Origin: Alphaproteobacteria bacterium
Lineage (GTDB): Bacteria > Pseudomonadota > Alphaproteobacteria > SMXQ01
Assembly (NCBI GenBank): GCA_038131655.1
Contig: JAYPPT010000001.1
Location: 153,447-217,446 of the forward strand
Length of the DNA: 64,000 nt
Reading direction: 5' to 3'
Part shown: piece after piece, positions 9,887-17,602 of the stretch
Layout of the letters: each line of letters begins with the position of its first letter
Numbering within the stretch: the first letter of the stretch is position 1
Notes under the pieces: model-generated
Seen by the model: only the letters and a program-made list of their open reading frames with translations
What the model was told of the DNA's origin: nothing
The model's database searches: none
Made by a program: the position numbers and the translations under genes

Positions 9887-10684
9887 TTATGACTTATCCG
9901 GTTCGGGCATCAGCCCATTGTCCTTGAGAAAATCGATAACCAGTGCGTCGAAGCCCGCCGGGTCCTCGATCATGCAGGCATGGCCCGCCCCGGCGAGAAC
10001 GCGGTGGCGCGATCCGGGAATCAGTTTCGCCGTTTCCTCGCCGCGCGGACGGGCGTTGTCGAATTCGCCGTTAATGATCAGGGTCGGCGGCGCGTAGGTC
10101 GCCAGGTACGGCCGCGCATCCCCCGCGGACAGGGCACGGAACACCGCGCACACCGCCTGCGGATCGTGCCAGCCGTCGCGCTCATGCCACATGTTGTGCA
10201 GGTAGGCGCCCATCGGCGTGTCGGCGAAGCCCTCGCGGTTGCCGAAGCGCAGGTGCTCGCGCCGGTAGGGTGAGAAATCCTCCTGCGCGTAGCCCTCGAT
10301 ACGGCGGGCGAAATCCTGGGGCCCGGAATTACCGCCGACCTGGATGACGGCGGAGAATTTTTCCGGCGCCATGCCGCCCAGCATGAGCGCCAGCTTGGAG
10401 CCGATGGAACACCCCATCACCACGGCCCGGTCCACGCCCTCGTCGGCCATGACGCCGAGCACGTCGCCGGCCATGTCTTCGAAGCTGTAATCGTCGGTGA
10501 CCTTGGCCGAACGGCCGAAACCCCGCAAATCCATCGAAATCACGCGGAACCAGGTGGAAAACCGGGCCGACTGGTAAAGCCACAGGCTGTGATCGAAGGG
10601 AATCGCGTGGATCAGCACCAGGGCCGGGCCCCGGCCCGCCACTTCGTAATGGATATCCACGCCGTTTGCCCGGCTGACCGGCAT
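9887..10684 (-). CDS. alpha/beta hydrolase
   Basis: HGxP-like start (ALVLIHAIPFDHSLW), nucleophile elbow GCSIGS; immediately upstream of and co-directional with the AMDase-like gene. Confidence 0.8.
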   Translation of the reverse strand: MPVSRANGVDIHYEVAGRGPALVLIHAIPFDHSLWLYQSARFSTWFRVISMDLRGFGRSAKVTDDYSFEDMAGDVLGVMADEGVDRAVVMGCSIGSKLALMLGGMAPEKFSAVIQVGGNSGPQDFARRIEGYAQEDFSPYRREHLRFGNREGFADTPMGAYLHNMWHERDGWHDPQAVCAVFRALSAGDARPYLATYAPPTLIINGEFDNARPRGEETAKLIPGSRHRVLAGAGHACMIEDPAGFDALVIDFLKDNGLMPEPDKS

Positions 10685-10860
10685 TGGTCTCTCCCGTTCC
10701 CAAAAGGCCGGTTGATCCGGCCGGTTTTCACGTTCTCCGCCGCCCCCGAGGGCCCGTGGCCGGTAAGGGGGTGACAGGAGCTCAGGAATTCGATTAGCCT
10801 TGCAGTCAATAAACCGCAAGCCCCCTCAGGGTGCCCATAAATAATACAGGGAGATCGGGA

Positions 10861-11982
10861 ATGACACCAAAGCTTACGAAACTTGTGGGCCTGGCCGGGC
10901 TGGGCCTACTGCTCGGCGGCACCACAACGGCACAGGCCGATGCGATCAGCGATTTTTACAAGGGCAAGCGCGTCACGATGATCATCTCGTCCGGCGTGGG
11001 TGGGGGCTATGATACCTATTCGCGCACTTTTGCCCGCCACATGGAACGCGCCATTCCGGGGCATCCCAATATCGTCGCCAAGAATATGCCCGGCGCCAGC
11101 GGCCTGCGTGCCGCCAACTTCATCTACTCGAAGGCGGATGGCGACGGCACCGTTTTCGCATCGACCTACAACACGATGACGCTGGAGCCATTGATCGGCA
11201 ACCGCGGCGCCAAGTTCGACGTGTTCAAGCTGAACTGGCTCGGCTCGCTCGGCAAGTTGCAGGCGGTCTGCGTGACCTGGCACACCAGCCCGATCAAGAC
11301 GCTGGAACAGGCCAAAAAGAAGACCCTGACGGTTTCCGCCACCGGTGCCACGGGCAATTCCGCAAAAATGCCGTTGCTGTTCAACTGGGCGGTCGGCACC
11401 AAGTTCAAGGTGATCCTGGGCTATTCGACCACCGGGTCGCACCTGGCGCTGGAACGCGGCGAAGTCGACGGTATCTGTGGCCTGGGCTATTCGACCCTGA
11501 AAGCGGCGCGGCCCGACTGGATCATCAACCGCAAGCTCAACTACCTGGCGCAGATCGGATTGTACCCGCATCCGGACCTTCCCAACGTGCCGATGGTGCT
11601 GAACGATATCAAGGATTCCAAGACCAAGCAGGTCATGGAGTTGATCTTCTCCCAGCAAGAACCCGGCCGCCCCTACTTCATGCCGCCGGGTGTGCCCAAG
11701 GACCGCGTGGAGGCCATGCGCACCGCCTTCATGAAGGCCGCCAAGGGCCCGGCCTTTCTGAAGGACGCGGAACGCGCCAAGCTGGAAGTCTCGCCGCTCA
11801 GTGGCGCGGACATCGATGCCATGCTGCGCAAGGCCTATGACACGCCGCGCGATATCGTCGAAGCGGCAGCCAAGCTTGTCGGCCCGCCGGCCAAGGGCAC
11901 CATGACGAGTTGCAACAAGTACACCAAGGAAGCCAAGTGGTGCCGCAAGAAGAAGAAAAAGAAGAAGAAGAAGAAAAACTAG
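10861..11982 (+). CDS. TctC/Bug family substrate-binding protein with C-terminal poly-lysine tail
   Basis: Signal peptide, TctC-like core (KRVTMIISSGVGGGYDTYSR...), ends ...CNKYTKEAKWCRKKKKKKKKKKN (10 Lys encoded aag/aaa). Confidence 0.8.
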   Translation: MTPKLTKLVGLAGLGLLLGGTTTAQADAISDFYKGKRVTMIISSGVGGGYDTYSRTFARHMERAIPGHPNIVAKNMPGASGLRAANFIYSKADGDGTVFASTYNTMTLEPLIGNRGAKFDVFKLNWLGSLGKLQAVCVTWHTSPIKTLEQAKKKTLTVSATGATGNSAKMPLLFNWAVGTKFKVILGYSTTGSHLALERGEVDGICGLGYSTLKAARPDWIINRKLNYLAQIGLYPHPDLPNVPMVLNDIKDSKTKQVMELIFSQQEPGRPYFMPPGVPKDRVEAMRTAFMKAAKGPAFLKDAERAKLEVSPLSGADIDAMLRKAYDTPRDIVEAAAKLVGPPAKGTMTSCNKYTKEAKWCRKKKKKKKKKKN

Positions 11983-11991
11983 TCCACCGAC

Positions 11992-12026
11992 AAAAACCCC
12001 CGGGACCTGCCCGGGGTTTTTCTTTT
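11992..12026. terminator. bidirectional rho-independent terminator (AAAAACCCCCGGG-acctg-CCCGGGGTTTTTCTTTT)
   Basis: GC stem flanked by A-tract and T-tract between convergent TctC (+) and AMDase-like paralog 2 (-). Confidence 0.55.
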
Positions 12027-12751
12027 CAGTGTTCGCGGAAAAGTCTTCCGAAGCCTTCGATGGGTTCCGTCACCCCGGCCGTGCGCAACGCCTTCCAGAC
12101 GATGGCCTGCTGCGAGGTCATCACCGCGACGCCGTATTCTTTTTCGATCGGGTCGATAGCAAAGGCGGTGGGCCAATGGGCGGAAGCAAAATGAATGCAA
12201 TCGGCATCCGGATGCGCCTTCATCAATTGCTCGGCCAGGGAGAAGGCGTCCTTTTCCGAAATCTTGCCGTAATGCATCAGCGGATGCTTGACCGGTGAGA
12301 TCACGCCGAGGCTTTCAACGCCCATGTTGATCATCTGCCTGTGGTGCCGCTCGACATGATCGGGCCCGGCCATATGCGCGGTGACGACCTTGTGCACGCC
12401 GAGCTTTTCCATCGCTTCTTTCTGGCACAGTGTCGAGGCGACGACCGGGGCGCCAACTTCCGCCGCCAGGTCGGCGCAGATTTTGGGCAGGTTTTCGATG
12501 CCGCGCGACTGGTTGACCGGATTGCCGCCCAGCACCACGACGGAGGCGCCCGCCGCCCCCATGGCCTTGGCCGCGGCCAGCGAACGGTCGTAGGAACCGT
12601 CGAAGGCCTGCTGGGTGTATTCGTTGCCGACCTCCAGCGTGGTGATCATCAGGGTCACGCCGTCGGGCACCATCTTGTAGAACTCGTAGGCGAAAACCTC
12701 GGTGACGAAGGGCGGCGAGCAATAGCCGATGCGGGCGCGGTGTCCGTACAT
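12026..12751 (-). CDS. AMDase/maleate isomerase-like protein, paralog 2 (Ser/Ala at catalytic Cys position)
   Basis: 241 aa, MYGHRARIGYCSPP..., FASAHWP instead of SCPH, C-terminus EGFGRLFREH; RBS GGAAAGGAAAG. Confidence 0.75.
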   Translation of the reverse strand: MYGHRARIGYCSPPFVTEVFAYEFYKMVPDGVTLMITTLEVGNEYTQQAFDGSYDRSLAAAKAMGAAGASVVVLGGNPVNQSRGIENLPKICADLAAEVGAPVVASTLCQKEAMEKLGVHKVVTAHMAGPDHVERHHRQMINMGVESLGVISPVKHPLMHYGKISEKDAFSLAEQLMKAHPDADCIHFASAHWPTAFAIDPIEKEYGVAVMTSQQAIVWKALRTAGVTEPIEGFGRLFREH

Positions 12752-12771
12752 GAAACTTTCCTTTCCGGTTT

Positions 12772-13518
12772 TCAGTGATCGCGCAACAGGCGGCCGAAAC
12801 CGCCGATGCGGTCGTCCACGCCGGTCAGGCGAAGGGAATGCCAGGCAATGGCCTGCAACGATGTCATCACCGCCACGCCGAACTCATCTTCCAGCGGCTG
12901 GATGGCATCGATCACGGTCCAGTGCGGACAGCCGAAATAAACCGTGTCGGCATCGGGGAAGGCCTTGAGCGCCGCCCGCCCCCAGTCCAGCGCCGCGGCC
13001 GGGGTCAGCTTGCCGAGCTCCACCAGGTTGGAGCCGCCAGCATGCACGCCCACCGGATCGAGGCCGAAGAAATCGCGGATCGTGCGTTCATGGCGCGGGT
13101 TCTGATCGGGCAGGAACGGGTGCACCGTCACCACCTTGCGCGAGCCCAGCGCCTTGAAGGCCGCGACCTGGGCGGCGGCGGAAGAAGATACCTGCACACC
13201 GACCTCGCGGGTCAGCTCGGCCATCAGGTCCCCGATGGTGCCGTCGCCGCGCGAGATGTTGATCGGCAGGCCGCCAAGCACCACCAGGTCGGCCCCGGCC
13301 CTGGCCATGGTATGCGCGGATTCGATGGAAATCCGGTAGCACTTCTCCACGTCTTCCTTCGACCGCGTGCCTAGCGGCAGGGTAATCATCATCAGCGACA
13401 CGCCATCGGGCACGACGCGATACCAGTCTATGGGATAGACCTCGGTGGTGACGGCGGCGACCGTGTAGCCGATGCGCGCCCGCCAGCCCCGGATGCGATT
13501 CATATCGTCCCCGGCCAT
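12772..13518 (-). CDS. AMDase/maleate isomerase-like protein, paralog 3
   Basis: 248 aa, WRARIGYT..., FGCPHW Cys retained, C-terminus GGFGRLLRDH; 1-nt spacing from upstream paralog. Confidence 0.75.
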   Translation of the reverse strand: MAGDDMNRIRGWRARIGYTVAAVTTEVYPIDWYRVVPDGVSLMMITLPLGTRSKEDVEKCYRISIESAHTMARAGADLVVLGGLPINISRGDGTIGDLMAELTREVGVQVSSSAAAQVAAFKALGSRKVVTVHPFLPDQNPRHERTIRDFFGLDPVGVHAGGSNLVELGKLTPAAALDWGRAALKAFPDADTVYFGCPHWTVIDAIQPLEDEFGVAVMTSLQAIAWHSLRLTGVDDRIGGFGRLLRDH

Positions 13519-13519
13519 G

Positions 13520-14266
13520 TCAGTGATCCTGGAACAGCTTGCCGAAGCCGTCGATGCGGTCCTTGATCCCGGCCAGGCGCAACGCCTGCCACAGGATCGC
13601 CTGGATCGACGACATCACATGGACGCCGAATTCCTTTTCCAGCGGCTCGATCGCGTTGATCACCGGCCAGTGGGGCGACGGGAACATGATGGTATCGGCA
13701 TCGGGATGCGCCTTCATCAACTCGCGCGCCATATCAAGGGCGGCATTATCGGGAATTCCGCCGATGCGGTTGAAGTTGGAGCCGAAGGCGCGGGTGCCAA
13801 GGACCTCGGCGCCGAATTTCTGGGCGTAATCGCCAAACCGGTAATTGTCTTCTTCCTTGTAAGGATGGGCCACGACCAGCTTCTTGCATCCCAGCAGGCG
13901 GAAGGCCTCCTTCTGGGCCGAGGCCGAGGTGGCCACCGGAATCCCAAGCTTGTCGGAAAGTTCCTTGATCATGGCATCGGCGTTTTCCGCGCCCTTGGCC
14001 AAATTGATCGGCACGCCGCCGAGCACTATGGCATCGCACCCGGCCTCCGCCATCTGTTCCGCCGCCAGCATGGAAATATCGTAGGAGCGGTCCACTTCCT
14101 GCGCCGAACGCACGGTGATCGCCAGCGTGGTGATGACCAGCGATACCCCGGCGGGCATGACCTGGTAGAACTCGTACGGAAAAACCTCGCTGGTCAGGGG
14201 CGGCGAGGTGTAGCCGATCCGCGCACGGTAACCGTAAGGGGCATTGCGGATGTCACTGCGGCTCAT
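13520..14266 (-). CDS. AMDase/maleate isomerase-like protein, paralog 4 (Ser at catalytic Cys position)
   Basis: Start MSRSDIRNAPYGYRARIGYTSPP after GGAGAC RBS; FPSPHW; C-terminus DGFGKLFQDH. Confidence 0.75.
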   Translation of the reverse strand: MSRSDIRNAPYGYRARIGYTSPPLTSEVFPYEFYQVMPAGVSLVITTLAITVRSAQEVDRSYDISMLAAEQMAEAGCDAIVLGGVPINLAKGAENADAMIKELSDKLGIPVATSASAQKEAFRLLGCKKLVVAHPYKEEDNYRFGDYAQKFGAEVLGTRAFGSNFNRIGGIPDNAALDMARELMKAHPDADTIMFPSPHWPVINAIEPLEKEFGVHVMSSIQAILWQALRLAGIKDRIDGFGKLFQDH

Positions 14267-14341
14267 GGACTGTCTCCCTGCATGGAATCTTGATCTTGTT
14301 GGTCCCACAATCGCCCGTCTTGGCGCCGGGCGCAACAGGCT

Positions 14342-15163
14342 CTATCCGCGCAGGCTCCACAGCATGTTGAGGGCCGCAGCACCCAGGAACAGCGCAAAAA
14401 TGCGGGCCAGCCCGCGCGCGGGCAGATGGTGCGCCAGCCGTGCGCCGAGCGGCGCCATCAAAGCCGTCAGCGGCGCCATCACCGCGAAGGCGGCCAGGTT
14501 GACGTAACCGAGCGACCACGGCGGCAGTTCCCCCACCCTCCAGCCAATGACGGCAAAGCCGACGGCACCGGGCACGGACACCAGAATCCCCACCACCGCC
14601 GCGGTGCCGACCGCCAGGTGGATGCGCATGGAATAGAGCGTCAGGATCGCCACGGTCATCGCCCCGCCGCCGATCCCGGCCATGGTCGAAACGACCCCCG
14701 TGGTCAGGCCTAGCAAGCCCGAACCCATCGGGCCCGGCATCTTCGGGCCCAGTGTCCGAAAGCCGTCGCCGCGCAGCATGTTGGCCGAAACCGCCAGCGC
14801 GCAGACGGCAAACACCGCCGTCAGCACCGCCCCCGCGACCCAGGCCGCCACCAACGTGCCGATCAAGACACCGGCGAGGACGCCCGGTGCGTAACTTCCA
14901 AACACCGCGCGGTCAACCGCGCCCCGGCGCCAGTGCGCGATGGATGAGACCACCGAGGTCACCACGATGATGGACAGCGACGTGCCCACCGCCATGTGCA
15001 TGCGGTGAACATCGGCGACGCCAAGCACACCGCCCGCATAGAAAAGCGCCGGCACCATGACGACACCGCCGCCGATACCGAGCAGCCCGGCCATCATCCC
15101 GGCGAGGGCGCCGGCACAGCCAAGGGCGATAAAAACGGGGACGAGAGGGAAAGTCTGTTCCAT
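14342..15163 (-). CDS. TauE/SafE family sulfite/anion exporter (DUF81)
   Basis: 273 aa, 7-8 TM, Gly-rich repeated halves typical of TauE/SafE; upstream of and co-directional with paralogs 4-3-2. Confidence 0.8.
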   Translation of the reverse strand: MEQTFPLVPVFIALGCAGALAGMMAGLLGIGGGVVMVPALFYAGGVLGVADVHRMHMAVGTSLSIIVVTSVVSSIAHWRRGAVDRAVFGSYAPGVLAGVLIGTLVAAWVAGAVLTAVFAVCALAVSANMLRGDGFRTLGPKMPGPMGSGLLGLTTGVVSTMAGIGGGAMTVAILTLYSMRIHLAVGTAAVVGILVSVPGAVGFAVIGWRVGELPPWSLGYVNLAAFAVMAPLTALMAPLGARLAHHLPARGLARIFALFLGAAALNMLWSLRG

Positions 15164-15260
15164 GGCGCGCCATCAAGAGCTATCGGCGCCGCGCCGTCAA
15201 GCGTGCTAGGCTTTGCGCCATCGCGGCCACGCCGCCAACCACAACGGGGAGGAACCTTTC

Positions 15261-15686
15261 ATGGCCGTCATTTCCGCGTCCCAGGTCCGCACCATCATGG
15301 ACACCGTCCTGAAAACCGCGCGCGAGAACAAACTCCCGCAAATGGCCGTCGCCGTCGTTGATGCGGGCGGGCACGTCCTGGGCTACCTGGCAGAGGACCG
15401 CAGCGCGCCGTTGCGCTTTGAAATCGCGCGCGGCAAGGCGTGGACAGCCGCCATGCGGGCGGAAGGGACGACACGGCTGGCGGAACAGGCGGCCCGCAAC
15501 CCGGTGCTGGTATCGTCGCTGCAATCCATGAACCCGCACTACCTGCCGGTGCGCGGCGGCGTGCTGTTGCGCGATGCCAAGGGCGAGATCGCGGGCGCCA
15601 TCGGCGTCACCGGCGCCACTGCCGAACAGGACGAGGCCTGCGCCCTGGCCGGGGCCAAGGCGGCAAAGCTGAAGGGCGAACCCTAG
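15261..15686 (+). CDS. GlcG/HbpS-like heme-binding protein (DUF336)
   Basis: 141 aa, motif GEIAGAIGVTGAT; RBS GGGGAGGA. Confidence 0.75.
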   Translation: MAVISASQVRTIMDTVLKTARENKLPQMAVAVVDAGGHVLGYLAEDRSAPLRFEIARGKAWTAAMRAEGTTRLAEQAARNPVLVSSLQSMNPHYLPVRGGVLLRDAKGEIAGAIGVTGATAEQDEACALAGAKAAKLKGEP

Positions 15687-15687
15687 G

Positions 15688-16083
15688 CTATTTCTTTTCG
15701 AGCTTGAGCGACGCCGAATTGATGCAATAGCGCAGTCCCGTGGGCGCGGGCCCATCGGGAAAGACGTGCCCCAGATGCGCATCGCAGCGCGCGCAGGTCA
15801 CCTCGGTGCGGATCATGCCGTGGCTGTTGTCCATGTCGGTCTCTACGGCGCCATCGGCGTCGGGCCGGGTGAAGCTGGGCCAGCCGCTGCCCGAATCGTA
15901 CTTGTCGCCGGAGGCGAATAACGGCGCCCCGCAGCACGCACAGTGGTAAAGCCCCGCGTCGTGACAATCCCAGTAGGCGCCGGTAAAGGCCCGCTCGGTC
16001 CCCTTCTGGCGAGCGATCTGGAATGTTTCAGGATCGAGCTCACTGCGCCATTCGGCGGGGGTTTTGGTGATCTTTTCAGCCAT
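15688..16083 (-). CDS. msrB: peptide-methionine (R)-S-oxide reductase MsrB
   Basis: 131 aa, two CxxC pairs, SGWPSF and HLGHVF motifs; RBS AGGAGA. Confidence 0.9.
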   Translation of the reverse strand: MAEKITKTPAEWRSELDPETFQIARQKGTERAFTGAYWDCHDAGLYHCACCGAPLFASGDKYDSGSGWPSFTRPDADGAVETDMDNSHGMIRTEVTCARCDAHLGHVFPDGPAPTGLRYCINSASLKLEKK

Positions 16084-16099
16084 GGAAATCTCCTGAAAG

Positions 16100-16654
16100 T
16101 CAGCGGCTTGCCAGGTACGGGGCCTGGCCTTCGGGCAAGCCGACATCGAAGCCCTTGATGGCGACGGCGATCAATGAATAAAACCCGACCAGGCTCACCA
16201 GTTCGATCACGCCGTCCTCGCCCAACGCTTCGCAAGCGCGGGCGTGGGTCGAATCGATTACGGGATCAGGACCCAGCAGCTCGCGGCAGAAATCATATAC
16301 GGCCTGCTCCGCCGAATCGGGAAAGCGCGCGGGCGTGCCCGCGACGATCGCATCCAGCGCCGCGGCATCGAGGCCCAAGCGCCGCGCATGGCGCAAATGG
16401 ACGCGCCACTGGTATTCCGACGACCAGTGCCGCGCATTGACCAGGATGGCGAGCTCGCGCAGGCGAGCGGGAAGGGCACGTTCATCCTTGAAATAAACGG
16501 CCAGTTCATTGACCCGATCGAGCAGTTCCGGCGCCCGCAGCCAGACCGGGAACGGCCCACGGGTCTCACCCGAACGGGGCCCGCTGATACGCGCCGACAG
16601 CGCCTTTTGTTCCGGCGTCATCGCCGCTGGGTCTGCCGGGGGAATTCTGCCCAT
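16100..16654 (-). CDS. carboxymuconolactone decarboxylase (CMD/AhpD-like) family protein
   Basis: 184 aa, AhpD-like helical fold signature, RBS AAGGGAG. Confidence 0.75.
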   Translation of the reverse strand: MGRIPPADPAAMTPEQKALSARISGPRSGETRGPFPVWLRAPELLDRVNELAVYFKDERALPARLRELAILVNARHWSSEYQWRVHLRHARRLGLDAAALDAIVAGTPARFPDSAEQAVYDFCRELLGPDPVIDSTHARACEALGEDGVIELVSLVGFYSLIAVAIKGFDVGLPEGQAPYLASR

Positions 16655-16674
16655 GTCACACTCCCTTATCTTTT

Positions 16675-17490
16675 TTAATCGCCGAGCCCGGCAAGAAAGC
16701 GCCCAATCCGTTCATTGAATTCTTCCGCATGATCAAGGTGGGGATAATGATGGGCACCGTCAATCACTTCGGCCCGCGCGCCGGGGATGGCGGCGGCCAG
16801 TTCCCGCGCCGCGGCGCCCGGCACCGGCCCCGCCACATTGGAGGTATCTTCCCCGCCCGCGATCACCAGCGCGGGGCAGGCAATTTCGCCGAGCCGCGCC
16901 GAACTGTCGAAGCGGCCCAGGTCTTCCATGACGGCGACGTAAGTGGCGGGATCATTGGCGAGGTAATGGGAGCGGTACCAGTCCATCACGTCGGGCCGTG
17001 CGACACGGTAAGCGGCGGGGAAATGGCTGTCGATCTGCGGCCCCGCCGCGACCGCCATGCCGTCGGCAAGGATGCGGTGGTTGCGTTCCGCCCGCGCGCC
17101 GGAATTGCCCGCCCGAATACGGCACGTCGTGGACACCAGCACCAGGGCGCGCACGCGACCGGGATGATCGAGGGCCAGCGCCTGGGCGACGAAGCCGCCC
17201 AGCGACACGCCCATGAACACGGCGCGATCAATGCCGAGAGCGTCGAGCAGCGCCACCGTATCGGCGGCGAAACACGCTACCGAAGGCGCGCGCGTGCCCT
17301 TCGGGCTTTCGCCGAGGCCGCGAAAATCAAAACGGATCACGCCCCAGCCTGCGCCCACCAGGGCATTCACCTGCTCACGCCAGCCCTCACGGGTGGACAG
17401 GCCGATGGAATGCAGCAAGACCAGCGCCGGTCCGTTCTCCGGGCCGGTGATATCGCCGGCCAGATGGGTATCGCCGATATTGATGTCCAT
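16675..17490 (-). CDS. alpha/beta hydrolase (3-oxoadipate enol-lactonase-like)
   Basis: PALVLLHSIG..., GVSLGG nucleophile elbow; adjacent to CMD gene as in pcaD/pcaC pairs. Confidence 0.75.
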   Translation of the reverse strand: MDINIGDTHLAGDITGPENGPALVLLHSIGLSTREGWREQVNALVGAGWGVIRFDFRGLGESPKGTRAPSVACFAADTVALLDALGIDRAVFMGVSLGGFVAQALALDHPGRVRALVLVSTTCRIRAGNSGARAERNHRILADGMAVAAGPQIDSHFPAAYRVARPDVMDWYRSHYLANDPATYVAVMEDLGRFDSSARLGEIACPALVIAGGEDTSNVAGPVPGAAARELAAAIPGARAEVIDGAHHYPHLDHAEEFNERIGRFLAGLGD

Positions 17491-17602
17491 GGTCTTGCGC
17501 CTGTTGTCGCGGATTTGCGGGCGGCATCCTAGCGGCTCCGGGCCAGAAAGAAAAACGGCGGGCCGAAGCCCGCCGTTCCTCAACTCAGGAGCCGGACGAT
17601 GC

